This document shows positions 1 through 10,888 of a stretch of 64,000 nucleotides of DNA, piece by piece. Numbering within the stretch: position 1 is the first letter of the stretch; the number at the start of each line of letters is the position of its first letter. Source of the stretch: Candidatus Latescibacterota bacterium (GTDB lineage: Bacteria > Latescibacterota > UBA2968 > UBA8231); contig CBDCXV010000011.1 of NCBI GenBank assembly GCA_965223905.1, positions 1,408,001 through 1,472,000 on the forward strand. Reading direction: 5' to 3'. Below the pieces are notes generated by a model. The model did no database searches. It was not told the origin of the DNA and saw only the letters and a program-made list of their open reading frames with translations. The position numbers and the translations under genes are program-made.

Positions 1-13
1 AGTAGCGGCCAAT

Positions 14-799
14 TCAGGCAACCCCCTCGGCCACCACCGGATTGCGCAGCACGCCGATGCCCTCGATCTCGATCTCCACCACGTCGCCGGGCTGTACTTC
101 CCCGACGCCGGAAGGGGTGCCGGTCATAATGACGTCCCCGGGCAGCAGGGTGACGGCGGCGCTGAGATACTCGATCAACTCCGCCACCGAAAAGATCAGG
201 TCCGCGGTCGAGGTCGACTGCACGACGCGTCCGTTCAACCGTGTCGTCAGCTGCAGGTCCGAAGAGTCGAGACCGGTGGCGATCCAGGGGCCCAGGGGCT
301 TGAAGGTGTCGAACCCCTTGCCGATCAGCAGGCAGCCGTTGTCCATCTCCGCCTTCTGGATCACGCGCTCGCTGACGTCGTTGCCGATGGTGTAGCCGAA
401 CACGTGGTCGAGGGCCCGGTCCGCGGACACGCGGCGCGCGGCCGTGCCGATGACCGCGGCCAGTTCCCCCTCGTAGTGAACGACCCTGCCCTGCCTCGGG
501 TAGACGATGCCGTCGCCGGGGTTGCAGACCGCGGTCGCCGGCAGCTGGAACAGGATCGGCCGATCGGGCGGGTCATGGCCGCTCTCCGCGGCGTGGGCGG
601 CGTAGTTCAGGCCGACGCCGATCAGGCGCGGGTTCGCCACGGGGGCCAGCAGCCGGACGTCCACGAGGGCGAGCTGCCCGCCCGTGCGGCACAGCCCGCC
701 GTACCCGGGGCCCTCCAGCAGGTCCAGCATGCCGTCGCCGGCGAGGGCCCCGTACCTCTCCACGCCTTGGTGTTCGAAGCGGGCGATTCGTTCAGTCAT
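14..799 (-). CDS. Fumarylacetoacetate hydrolase family protein
   Basis: 261 aa ORF with FAH motifs: VGLNY, HYEGELAAVIG, GYTIGNDVSER, GKGFDTFKPLGP, LLPGDVIMTGTPSGVG. Confidence 0.93.
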   Translation of the reverse strand: MTERIARFEHQGVERYGALAGDGMLDLLEGPGYGGLCRTGGQLALVDVRLLAPVANPRLIGVGLNYAAHAAESGHDPPDRPILFQLPATAVCNPGDGIVYPRQGRVVHYEGELAAVIGTAARRVSADRALDHVFGYTIGNDVSERVIQKAEMDNGCLLIGKGFDTFKPLGPWIATGLDSSDLQLTTRLNGRVVQSTSTADLIFSVAELIEYLSAAVTLLPGDVIMTGTPSGVGEVQPGDVVEIEIEGIGVLRNPVVAEGVA

Positions 800-952
800 T
801 TTCCGCCTCCTCCTTCATTAGCTGGGAGTGCCCCGGGAGGCCGGGTCGCGACACAAACCAGGGGTCTCGTGTTTTCGTCGACGAACCGGGAGCCCGACCA
901 CGGCTACGCTTTCGGGCGAACCTCGCATCGCAGGAGCCGTCCGCGGACCGAC

Positions 953-1261
953 TCAACCCAATATGGAAAGAGCCAGCCACCCGAAGAACCCGGCATTCGC
1001 CGCAACCAGAGCTGTGCCCAGCTTCCTGTGGTTCCGTCGGGTAGCAACCGCTGCCACCAGGTAGACGCCGACCGGAAACAACCCCCACAGGAAGAAGCCC
1101 GGCGATGCGGCAAGGTACGCCGACGCCGGGCCGACCAGGACCGCGGCCACGAGCAGCGGCGTTGGACGCCTGCGGGCCAGTCCGAAGGAGGCCGCCAGCA
1201 CACTCAGGACCACCGCCGGCCAGAAGAGCAAGGCAGGCCAGAGCACCAGCAGGTCAGCCAT
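953..1261 (-). CDS. Small integral membrane protein (about 4 TM helices), unknown function
   Basis: From ATG at 1261, 102 aa that are almost entirely hydrophobic (MADLLVLWPALLFWPAVVLSVLAASFGL...FFGWLALSILG). Confidence 0.6.
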   Translation of the reverse strand: MADLLVLWPALLFWPAVVLSVLAASFGLARRRPTPLLVAAVLVGPASAYLAASPGFFLWGLFPVGVYLVAAVATRRNHRKLGTALVAANAGFFGWLALSILG

Positions 1262-1477
1262 GTAACGTGTGACGCGAGCCGCACGCGCTCGCCTGCGGCC
1301 GCCGCGCTCTCCGTGGAGCAGCGCCGAGGTCGATGCCCGCGGTTCGTCCCGAGGGGACGCCTTGCAGCGCCCGAAGCGCCGCGCGGTCTCGCGCTCCACC
1401 CAGCGTCAGGGTGTATGGAGAAGCGGTGCGTCGATCGCGACGACGACCGACCCGCGGCACCTGTAATCCGTATTCCA

Positions 1478-2839
1478 TCAGCTTCGCGCTTCTTCTGCGG
1501 ACACGCCGCGCTGGCCGCTCTCCAGCGCAGGGGCAGGTTCGATCGCCGGCGCCTCCTCCCCCGCCGCGAGCATGCGCCGGATCATCCGTTCCCGCATCGC
1601 CGCGGCCACCGCTTCATGCGACCGGAGCCCGACGAGGTTCCGCAGCTCGTAGGGGTCCGCCTCGAGGTCGTAGAGGTACTGCTCGACATACCGGTCCGAT
1701 CCCGAATCTTCGCGGCTGCTTCCGGGGGCATCCACGCCGTACTTCCAGCGCCGGGTACGGACCGCCCGCCCCACCTGCGCTTCGCTGGTCTGCACGAAGA
1801 CCTCCTCGGGCCAGCCGGCTCTTTCACCGCGCAGGAGCGGGAGAAGCGAGCGGCCCTGCATCTCGGCGGGAACCGCCAGCCCCGCGGCACCGAGAAGGGT
1901 CGGCGGTAGATCGACGAGACTGACGAGCTCCTGGATCTGCCCCCCGCCCGTGAACCCGGGGCCGTGGAACGCGGTCGGCACGCGGATCGAGCTTTCGTGG
2001 CATGAACGCTTGTACTCGTTGTTGCGCGTCTTGAAGTGGCAGCCGTGGTCGGAGGTGAACAGGAGGACGGTATTGTCGAGCAGGTCGAGGCTTTTGAGCG
2101 CGTCCAGGATCCGACCCAGCGCCTCGTCCAACCTCTTGACCATGCCGTAGTACCCGCCCAGATGCTGGTGCGCCGAGCCTCCGAGGGCGGCGAGGTCGGG
2201 CGGCATCCACCTCCCGGTGTACCGCTCCCGGTACCCGTCCGGGGGCGGATAGTCGTCGAGATGGTTCTGGTGATGCGGCTCGATGTACGAGGTGAAGAGA
2301 TAGAAGGGCTCGTTCCTGTGCCCGTCGACGTACCGGATCACGGCATCGGTCAGCGCGTCCACGCGGTAGCCGGGAAGGTCGACCGGTTGATTGTCGTTGT
2401 CGTACAGGGTGGTCTTGTACGCGTCGGAGGTGAACTCGAGGACGTTGGAGGCCAGCCAGTAGTCGTACCCGCCGCGATGCCCGGCCGGCACCGGCCCGAC
2501 GGCCTCCCTGGAGTAGAGGTGCCACTTGCCGATGTATCCGGTGGCGTAGCCGGCCTCTCCGAAGTGGTGTGCCAGGGTCTTCAGGTCCCCGGGCAGCGGG
2601 ATGCCGTTCCGGTAGCATCCGGTGCGGGTGGCGTACATCCCGGTCTGCAGGCAGGAGCGCGCCGGCCCGCACACAGGCTGGCAGGTGAAGGAGCGCCGGA
2701 CATGGGTGCCGCGCTGCGCCATGCGGTCGAAGTTGGGCGTCAGGTCGAGCGGGTTGCCGTGCAGCCCGGAGGTGTCCCACCGCTGCTGATCGGTGAAGAA
2801 GACGAGGACATTGGGTCGATTTGCTTCAGGTCGGGGCAT
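1478..2839 (-). CDS. Sulfatase (formylglycine-dependent, Cys-type)
   Basis: PNVLVFFTDQQR, CGPARS (CxPxR) signature, GYIGKWHL, FTSDHG, LYDLEADPYE; start placed at MPRPEANRPN. Confidence 0.93.
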   Translation of the reverse strand: MPRPEANRPNVLVFFTDQQRWDTSGLHGNPLDLTPNFDRMAQRGTHVRRSFTCQPVCGPARSCLQTGMYATRTGCYRNGIPLPGDLKTLAHHFGEAGYATGYIGKWHLYSREAVGPVPAGHRGGYDYWLASNVLEFTSDAYKTTLYDNDNQPVDLPGYRVDALTDAVIRYVDGHRNEPFYLFTSYIEPHHQNHLDDYPPPDGYRERYTGRWMPPDLAALGGSAHQHLGGYYGMVKRLDEALGRILDALKSLDLLDNTVLLFTSDHGCHFKTRNNEYKRSCHESSIRVPTAFHGPGFTGGGQIQELVSLVDLPPTLLGAAGLAVPAEMQGRSLLPLLRGERAGWPEEVFVQTSEAQVGRAVRTRRWKYGVDAPGSSREDSGSDRYVEQYLYDLEADPYELRNLVGLRSHEAVAAAMRERMIRRMLAAGEEAPAIEPAPALESGQRGVSAEEARS

Positions 2840-3081
2840 GGCCTGCTTTTTCTCTCTATCTCTCTCTATTCGGTTTTTGGTTTCCCATCGCCTTGACGAG
2901 CTTGCCTTGGCGAGCCGGGAATCAGCGCCGACTTGCCCGTCAAGTCCAATACTTTCCTTTCTCCCGCCAGGACTTCCTCCAATTGTAATTCGAACTTTGT
3001 TTGTACCAGCGGGTTCGGTTCCGATTTTCATTTACTTCCTCCGAAGCACAGCCAGTTCTAGTCGAACTTCAGGAGACTCCC

Positions 3082-4113
3082 TTGAAAGCCGTCGTCCTCC
3101 ACAAGGCCGGTGACCTGCGAATCGAGGAGCGGGAAGAGGGCGCCCCGGGTCCCGGCGAGGTCAAGGTCCGGATGGCTGCCGGCGGCGTCTGCGGAACCGA
3201 CCTCCACTACTACAATCACGGGGGCTTCGGCACGGTGTTACTGAAGGAGCCGATGATCCTCGGTCACGAAGTCTCCGGCCATGTCGCCGCGGTGGGCCCC
3301 GGGGTTGAAGGACTCGCGCAAGGAGACCTAGTCGCGGTCTCTCCCTCGCGTCCCTGCGGGGACTGCCGCTTCTGTGCCGGCGGCCTGCACATCCATTGCC
3401 CCGACATGCGGTTCTACGGCTCCGCCATGCCGTTCCCGCACATCCAGGGGGCCTTCCGCGAAGAGCTGGTCGCCGACGCTTCCCAGTGCGTGAAGGCGGA
3501 CGGGCTTTCCGCGGGAGAGGCGGCCATGGCCGAACCCCTGTCGGTGTGCCTGCACGCAACCCGCCGGGCCGGCGAGCTGAAGGGGAAGCGGGTTCTGGTT
3601 ACCGGTTGCGGGCCGATCGGGGTGCTCTCCATCCTGGCGGCGCGCTGGGCCGGGGCTGCCGAGATCGTCGCCACCGACCTCGTCGGCAACGCCCTGAAGC
3701 ACGCGTCGATGGCGGGGGCCGACCGGGTGATCGACGTTACCGAAGCGCCCGACGGGTTGGAAGCCTACACTGCTGACAAGGGGTATTTCGATCTGCTCTA
3801 CGAGTGCACCGGTGCGGCCGCGGCCCTGTCCGGGGCCATAGCGGCGATGCGTCCGCGGGCAGTGGTGATGCAACTCGGGCTCGGCGGCGACATGGCCGTA
3901 CCGACGATGCAGATCACCGTAAAGGAACTCGACCTGCGCGGCTCCTTCCGGTTTCACGAGGAGTTCGCGACCGCGGTGCGGCTGATGCAGTCCGGGGAAA
4001 TCGACGTGAAAGCGGCGATCACCCACACCCTTCCTCTCGAGGAGGCCGAGCTCGCCTTCCGGATCGCGAACGATCGCAGCCAGGCGATGAAGACGCAGAT
4101 TGCGTTCATGTGA
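3082..4113 (+). CDS. idnD: L-idonate 5-dehydrogenase-like Zn-dependent alcohol dehydrogenase
   Basis: TTG start with AGGAG RBS; CGTDLHYY, GHEVSG, structural Zn cysteines, MRFYGSAMPFPHIQGAF, GCGPIG, GSFRFHEEF typical of IdnD. Confidence 0.85.
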   Translation: MKAVVLHKAGDLRIEEREEGAPGPGEVKVRMAAGGVCGTDLHYYNHGGFGTVLLKEPMILGHEVSGHVAAVGPGVEGLAQGDLVAVSPSRPCGDCRFCAGGLHIHCPDMRFYGSAMPFPHIQGAFREELVADASQCVKADGLSAGEAAMAEPLSVCLHATRRAGELKGKRVLVTGCGPIGVLSILAARWAGAAEIVATDLVGNALKHASMAGADRVIDVTEAPDGLEAYTADKGYFDLLYECTGAAAALSGAIAAMRPRAVVMQLGLGGDMAVPTMQITVKELDLRGSFRFHEEFATAVRLMQSGEIDVKAAITHTLPLEEAELAFRIANDRSQAMKTQIAFM

Positions 4114-4186
4114 GGCCCGGGCCCGTACGGGTCGAGGACTGACGCGGTCAGGGTCTACGCACGGCGAGCGCCACCACGGCTATCGA

Positions 4187-5524
4187 TCACTCCACCGATA
4201 AAAGGAGCTTTTTCCAATCCGGAAACGTTCCCCGTTCAAGGAATTTCAGCAACGCCTTTCGGCCAAGCTCGTACCCTTGCTCTGCGATTTGCGCGGCCTC
4301 CTTCCGCTTCCCGCTCTTCCTGTCCCGGCCCCCATGCACGATCCCAGAACGGACACCATAGAAACGCTTCACCGCGTCGAACACTTCAACCCGAGTCTCC
4401 GGCTCGACGCCCAGAAGGTGTGCAGCCCTTACGGACAGCTTGTGGGTCAACTCGCCACCCTTCAGCTGAAACATCACTTCCAGTGCCACAGCTACATCAA
4501 GGATGCGGTCCTCCTGCCAGAAGCGCCCTCGATTGCGCCGCACCGACGAAACTAGCCGAGAGAGCGCCAGTTCCAAGAGATCACGCTTGTCCCCCCCGAA
4601 ACTGGTCCATTCGCAGAACAGGCGACGGGCCTGCGTGACATGTTCCCATTTCAGCTCCTTCACCTTCCACCAATCCGTCGACACGAACCCCACCTTGGTT
4701 CCGGGCCCGAAGTTGGGATCCACGTCCACGAAATCCGGCGCACACGAGAGAATCTCCACCACCTCGATCCGTTGCGATGTCACAAGCGATAACAGGTTGA
4801 GAAGCACTTCGTCCGCTAGACCGTTTCTCCAAGAGAATTTGACCCGTAGCGGCGGGTCATTGACGTGCTTCGACTTCCTTGGGGTCACTAGGCAAGGGCT
4901 CCAGATCATTTTTCGAAACAGTACCAAGGCTTGCATATCCCTGTAGGGTGTAACGTCATTCCAAGGCGCAGGCTCCTCTTTCTTGAGCATTCCGCGCTTA
5001 ACCGCGTCTTCATAAGACGCGAGGCCGGCGTCCGGCCCAAGCTCAACCACGCCGGTCATCACCAGTCCGCGAATTACCACAACATTGTAACCGGGCAAAC
5101 GTCCTTCCGTACCAAGCGTCAGGAATCTGTCCATTTCCTCCGCTGCTGCCTCGTCTCCCCGTCTTGCGCCGATCGTCGCTGCCCGCTGCGCCAATTGCTT
5201 CAATTCGACGCGGAAACCCTTACCAGGCATCGTCACGAACGTCGCCGCATCTTTACCCTGTCCACCAAAGACCGCACCCACCCCCGGGTGTTTCACCACA
5301 AGCTCGATCACCTTGCTTGGATCCGCGTGGATTTCCGTCAGGTATTCTTCCAGCACCGCTCGCGCTTTCACGTCCACCCGAGCGCGCTTTGCCAGCTCCT
5401 GATACTCAGCGTTACCCAGGTCAGGCAGCTCCGGACGATGTGCAGTCAGCGTCCCTGATAGCGGGCCCAACGCCTCCCCAAACGCATTGCGCCATGCTTC
5501 TCGACTTGGATCACTCACAGCCAC
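4187..5524 (-). CDS. HEPN domain-containing protein (ApeA-like HEPN), putative defence RNase
   Basis: C-terminal DRILDVAVALE...ELTHKLSVRAAHLL...FYGVRSGIVHG (R-x4-H HEPN motif); lower GC than the flanks; lies downstream of type III res on the same strand. Confidence 0.75.
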   Translation of the reverse strand: MAVSDPSREAWRNAFGEALGPLSGTLTAHRPELPDLGNAEYQELAKRARVDVKARAVLEEYLTEIHADPSKVIELVVKHPGVGAVFGGQGKDAATFVTMPGKGFRVELKQLAQRAATIGARRGDEAAAEEMDRFLTLGTEGRLPGYNVVVIRGLVMTGVVELGPDAGLASYEDAVKRGMLKKEEPAPWNDVTPYRDMQALVLFRKMIWSPCLVTPRKSKHVNDPPLRVKFSWRNGLADEVLLNLLSLVTSQRIEVVEILSCAPDFVDVDPNFGPGTKVGFVSTDWWKVKELKWEHVTQARRLFCEWTSFGGDKRDLLELALSRLVSSVRRNRGRFWQEDRILDVAVALEVMFQLKGGELTHKLSVRAAHLLGVEPETRVEVFDAVKRFYGVRSGIVHGGRDRKSGKRKEAAQIAEQGYELGRKALLKFLERGTFPDWKKLLLSVE

Positions 5525-7432
5525 CGCGATAATCCCGGCCCGACTCTTTTAGCCACGGCCTAAGCGCTTCCCCCGAAACCCCAAGACACCAAAGTAGTAA
5601 GAGATTTGTGAAGCGCGGTGGAATCTTTCAGCACAGGTCGCACCCCTATTTTATCACGGGGAGCACCCTAAAGTTGACATCACACCCCTCTGTATCAGGC
5701 GGAAAATTGTCAACTATTGACCGCTCCTGGTAATATCTTTCATCGTCGTACTCTTACTTTTTTCCTTCACTATTGCACCTACTTTAGCATTGCTCCAACG
5801 TAACTTGCCTTGTCCTCTTCCTGAAAAAGGATGTTCCGCTTCCGCATTTCACTCTTCTCCATGCCCCACTTCCTTCGCATGGTCACGGAGGAAGTGTTCG
5901 AGACGATGTAGGACTCCAAGTGAACGTCGGGATCGCCCAGACGTTGTTCGATTTCTTTGATGGTCTCGTAGAACTGGATCTTGGGATCGCCGGGTCCGAG
6001 GTTACGGAGTCCCTTAGGGTCCACAAAGAGGACATGCTGTTGGCCGGCGGCGAGCAACCACAAGATGAAGTCGGGATGAAAGTTGCCAGCTTCGAAGAAG
6101 CCGATACCGCGGCCTTTGCTGAGGTTCCGTAGAAGGTAGAGTTCCCGGGTCTCAAAGAAGCCCTCCTCCTGGTCGTGGAACTCCTTCAGGTCCTCAACGA
6201 ATTGTCGTTCGCCTTTGTTCAGCGGTGCGGGAGTGATCTCGACGATTTTCGTATCCAAATAGAGCAATGGCTGGTAGAGGTGCTTGCCGAACCAAATAGC
6301 CTTCATGCCATGAAACTCCCAAGGCTGCAGCTCACCCTTTTGGATGGCAGTTTTTAGCTCCTCGAGCTTGGCAACAATCTCATCTTGCGATTTGTCTATA
6401 AGAATGCGGTAGTAACCCTCGTCCGGGGAATCTTTCACACCGAGGAAATTCGGATCGTCATCGTCCAGATAACGATATTCAAGGTGTGGAAGCTCCCACT
6501 CCCGCTTGCGGAAGGTGTAGTAGCGCTCGGTGTATTTCTTGAGCAGCGCAACGGCAATCTCCTCCCAGAGGTGCACCTTCTCGTAGGAATCCCCGACCAG
6601 TTCCTCTTCGGGAATCTGCAAACGATACCAGCTCTGGTCTCCAAGCAGAGCCTCAACACCTTTCCGCGTGATATTCAGATTGTACCACCCGCGCTCGGCT
6701 TTGAATCGCTCCAAATCGAAGCAGATGCGGTCGAGGTCAAGGAAGGCCACATGGAATGGTGTCAAGTGGGTTTCGTTCCGTGAGCCATGGGAATCGCCAC
6801 TGAGCAAATCAGATGACCTAATCGCCTGGATCTTTGGATACCAGTTGAGCAGTACCTGGTTTCTCTGAAGATATTCGGTACTCGAATCACTGGCTGGGTT
6901 CGGGGGGCCGACAGTCGGGACCGGCGCGAGCTTCCGGAAGGCATCGCCCAATTCGGTGCTGACGCCGTTAATCATCTTCTTAAGCCGGATCGTCTTGAGC
7001 TTCTGCTTTCCGAGGTCCTTGATTACCGGCAACAGGAACTCGATGCGGTCGTCGTTGGTGGGTAGACCTTCCTCTTCGAGGAAGTCCCGGAACTGCGCCA
7101 TGTAGTCGGCATGGATACCGAAAATCCCGAGCGTCTCAAGGACACCGATGTGTTTCGGGCGCTCAATACTAGCAGACAGATCCGTCTTGCCGCTGCGCTT
7201 GAGGCTCAGGTCGTACCCTTTGAGCCGCACTCCTCGCCCGAAGAGTTGGATGATCTGCGCGCCTTCCCCTTTGCCCACGTTCATCAGACCCATGGTTGAA
7301 ACGCGCCAACTGCTCCAGCCCTCGGTAAACTTCTTCGAGCCTATGAGCAAATGCACCGTCGATTCCGGCTGGTTGATACCATGAAATATCGATCCCGAGA
7401 ATTCGCGCTCGCCTGTGGCAAGGCCTTTCTGT

Positions 7433-8896
7433 GGGTCTATCCGGGTTTTTCAACGCCGAAACGTAAGTACGGAAAGTACCTGAGCCCTTGCTGTCCATCT
7501 GAGTACATGACAAGGCCATAGGTCGTTCCCTATGCTTGGTGTATCCCCATCAAGCACTCCCCAAGAAAGGGAAGGGAAGGCGACCTATGACCGCTATGAA
7601 GTTCGTCTCCAAGCTGTTCCAATTCAAGGGATTTCGCGCGGTGGGCGTGTGGTTCGAAGGACACGGGGAAGAAGCGGCCGTCGTGGTCGCGGTGAAGCCC
7701 CAAAGGAACGGGTGCCGGTGTCCCGAGTGTGGGCGCCGCGGCAAGATCGTACAGGTCATGGAGTTCCGCCGCTGGCGCGACGTCCGCGTTTGCGGCCGTA
7801 CCCTCTGGTTGCACCACGCCCCTCGGGAGATCCGCTGCCCGACCCACGGCCGTCGCGTCGAGGAGGTGCCCTGGGCGGCGCCCTCGGCCCAGGTCAGCTA
7901 CCGCTTCGAATACCTGCTGCTGAGGTACTGCCAGTGGATGACGCAGGCCGCCGCCGCGCGCCTGCTGGGTCTGGCCCCGTCGACCCTGTCCGACCAGCTG
8001 CACCGGCTCATCGAGCGCCGGCGTACGGGGCACCGCATCCGCCGGCTGAAGACCCTCGGCATCGACGAGATCTCCTACGCCAAGGGCCATAAATACGCTA
8101 CCCTGGTCTACGACCTGGAACGCTCCCGTGTCGTCTGGGTCGGCAAGGGCAAGGCACGGAAGACCATCGACGCGTTTTTCCGGGACCATCTCAGCGCCTT
8201 CCAGAAGGACCGCATCCGCTGGGCCTGCTGCGACCTGAGCGAGACCTTCATCGGCGCCATCCGGCAGCATGGTCCCAACGCCGAGTTGGTCCTGGACCGA
8301 TTCCACGTCGTCAAGGCCCTCAACGAAGCCGTCGACGAGGTGCGCAAGGAGCAGTGGCGGCAAGCCTGTGGCGAGGACCGCAAGCTGCTCAAGGGCCTGC
8401 GCTGGGTGCTGCTGCATCACTCCGCCCAGCGCTCGCGAAAGGATCGGCGCACGCTCCAAACCCTGGAGAAGGCCAACCGCCGCATCTACCGCGCCTGGCG
8501 CCTGAAGGACGAGTTCGAGCACTTCTGGCGCTACAAGGCGCGCTGGGCCGCCGAACGCTTCCTCAAGAAGTGGACGACGGCGGCCCTGCGCAGCCGCCTG
8601 CAGCCCCTGCGCAAGTTCGTCAACACGGTGCGCAAGCAGGCGGCCGGCATCACCGCCTTCGTCGACACGCACCTGACCAACGCCGCCGCCGAAGGGCTCA
8701 ATCGCATTATCCGCATGGTCAAGAATCGAGCCAGTGGATTTAAAACTCTGGATGCCTTTGCCGACCTGATTTACCTGTGCGTCGGAGACCTCGATATCCC
8801 TGCGCAGATTCCGGCCCGATTCCGTACAGTATGAAACCCTAAAAATCTCATTGGGGAAACGCTATAAATACCACGTTGAAAAACCCGTATATAGCC
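7433..8896 (+). mobile_element. ISL3-family insertion sequence (1464 bp)
   Basis: IRL GGGTCTATCCGGGTTTTTCAACG vs reverse complement of IRR GGCTATATACGGGTTTTTCAACG (20/23); 8-bp target duplication CTTTCTGT at 7425-7432 and 8897-8904. Confidence 0.95.
7587..8834 (+). CDS. ISL3-family transposase
   Basis: zf-ISL3 CPECG...CPTHG, LGIDEISYAKGHKY, LDRFHVVK, TNAAAEGLN...GFK. Confidence 0.95.
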   Translation: MTAMKFVSKLFQFKGFRAVGVWFEGHGEEAAVVVAVKPQRNGCRCPECGRRGKIVQVMEFRRWRDVRVCGRTLWLHHAPREIRCPTHGRRVEEVPWAAPSAQVSYRFEYLLLRYCQWMTQAAAARLLGLAPSTLSDQLHRLIERRRTGHRIRRLKTLGIDEISYAKGHKYATLVYDLERSRVVWVGKGKARKTIDAFFRDHLSAFQKDRIRWACCDLSETFIGAIRQHGPNAELVLDRFHVVKALNEAVDEVRKEQWRQACGEDRKLLKGLRWVLLHHSAQRSRKDRRTLQTLEKANRRIYRAWRLKDEFEHFWRYKARWAAERFLKKWTTAALRSRLQPLRKFVNTVRKQAAGITAFVDTHLTNAAAEGLNRIIRMVKNRASGFKTLDAFADLIYLCVGDLDIPAQIPARFRTV

Positions 8897-10853
8897 CTTT
8901 CTGTTCGCACAGTTTCACCAGCTTGGCGTCGTCGCCCACGTTGATGACACCGAAAGCTTCGTTTTCGGCGCCCAGCCGCAGGGCTACTTCGCCGGTTACG
9001 CCCCTCAGATTCTCGACGTAGAGCTGGCCCCCGCCCGGGGCGTTGAAGATCGTCGCGAGCGTTTCGTCGAAGACCTGCTCCGGCGTGAGTCCGCAGGTGT
9101 TGAGATACGCAAAGCGCCCGGCGAACAGGTTCTTACCCGTTGCGGTGACAAGGCCCTGATTGAGAACCTGTTTTATGCGCTGGATGCTTCCGGTGGGGTC
9201 TGCCACGTAATGGGCCAGGAACTGCAAGATTTCCACGATGTCCGAAGCGTCTTTCTTCGCGAGCGTCGCGGTTACCCGCCCACCAACGAAGATCCATAGA
9301 GGACTCTCGATGTTGAATGGCCGGAATGTGCTGCCTTGTTCGCGGTAGAGACGCTGCTGCTGGAAGAACGAGAGCAAGCAGGCCACGAGGTACAGCTCGA
9401 GGTGGTTCTGTTGCGTTCCCTGGTCGAGATTGAAGATCTGGTAGTCTTTGCCGAAGCCGTCTCCGTAGAAATAGCGGTACGAGTAGTCGCACAGCGTTGT
9501 TTTGGCATACAGCTCGGTAAGCCTGGGGTTGCCCTTGACCGCTTGCTCGAAGGTGGCCGAGTACTCGAACGAGAACCCTTCTTCGCACAATGCATTTCGA
9601 AAGCGCATCCATGCGCCTTCGTCTCCCCCGCTTGCGCCGCGGTGCCCTTCATCCACAAGGACCAAGTTATTCCCCTCGAAAGCGTCAATGGCGATTGTCT
9701 TATCGCCCATCTCGTCTTTAAGCTTGTGGATGTCGAGGATTTCTATCCTGTACCCACTGAACAGGCTACGGCCGTCTTTGTCGAACAGCTCAGCGTCGAT
9801 TCCCGATACTTCGAACTCGCGCAAATGCTGTTTGGAAAGTCCTTCGTTTGGAGTGAGCAAAAGGATCCGGTTCAGTTCCCTCCGCCGACAATGCAGCTCC
9901 AGAACGTGCTGGTATTGCAGGATATTGGCGTGCATCAGCAGCGTCTTACCGCTGCCGGTTGCCATCCAGAAGGCGAGCTTGTTGAGCTGCGGCCTGGCTT
10001 CAGCGGCTTCGTCTAAGGCGGCAATTTGGTCGACCTCGGACTTTTCCGCGTTGTAGGCAGCCACCTGCACGTTCAGCTCTACAAGTAGCGCCTTAGGATC
10101 GCGGAAGTAGCGGTCCAGGTAGATCTCGCTGAAAAGGAGAGTCAGGTACTGGAAGTACTTCCAAACAATTGGCTCCTCGCGGCGGGTAATCCGTCGTTCG
10201 TTCAGACGTTGCGTGTGCCTGACGATGTTCTGGTCGTACTCCAGCAGCAGCTCAGGAGGCAGTTCCTCCAAGTTGAAAAACTGTGAAGTGAGAACGTGGT
10301 GGAAACGATGGACGTTGTCCTCGTCCAGCCCTTCCAGGGCCTCGTCCCGCAGGTGTTCCGCCAGTTCCTCGAAACGCGAAACATTGAAGAGGGACAGAAC
10401 CCACTGGTTGAGCACAAGCTTGTGCGCGAATGGAACCTGAGGTCGGGTCTTGGCGCGGCGCGCCATTACACTTTCTCCATTTCGAACATCAGCCGATGGA
10501 AGTCCTCTTCGATGAGTCGCACCTTCCACAAATCATCTGGGCTCTTGAGGTTCTCCAAGTTGTTTCCCCCGTTGACATAGATGAGGTCAAATTCCCTTTC
10601 CTTGGCCGAATAGCCCTGCTTGGTGAACCACTCGTCGAGCACCAGGTTGTCGTGCTCCTGCTCGCCCGTGAGCTTCCGCCAGATGACCAGCGTCCTGCGG
10701 CGGTCGGGGGTGGTGCCGGTAACCGTACGAAACCAGTAGAGGCCATCCGTCTCCTTCTTGAGGCGGCCAAGAAGCCGCAGGCGCTCCTCGCTGTCGCGCC
10801 TGAATGTGGCACTGAAAGTCTGCGGCGCGGCGATATGCCGTACCGTGAGGCCG

Positions 10854-10888
<35 letters not shown>

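Larger units (their letters stand above)
5779..10466 (-). pseudogene. res: Type III restriction endonuclease Res subunit, interrupted by ISL3
   Basis: 5' part 8897-10466 has MATGSGKT (Walker A), LVDEGH, EYSATF; 3' part 5779-7424 has [16 protein letters not shown] and PD-(D/E)xK nuclease FHPDFILW...FVDPKG. Removing the IS plus one target duplication restores one frame ([16 protein letters not shown]), about 1071 aa. Confidence 0.93.

Noticed and set aside
2848-2870. CT-rich microsatellite-like tract (tctctctatctctctctatt) near the sulfatase start
   Set aside because: Only two short imperfect units in the purine-rich RBS region of the minus strand; no evidence for phase variation
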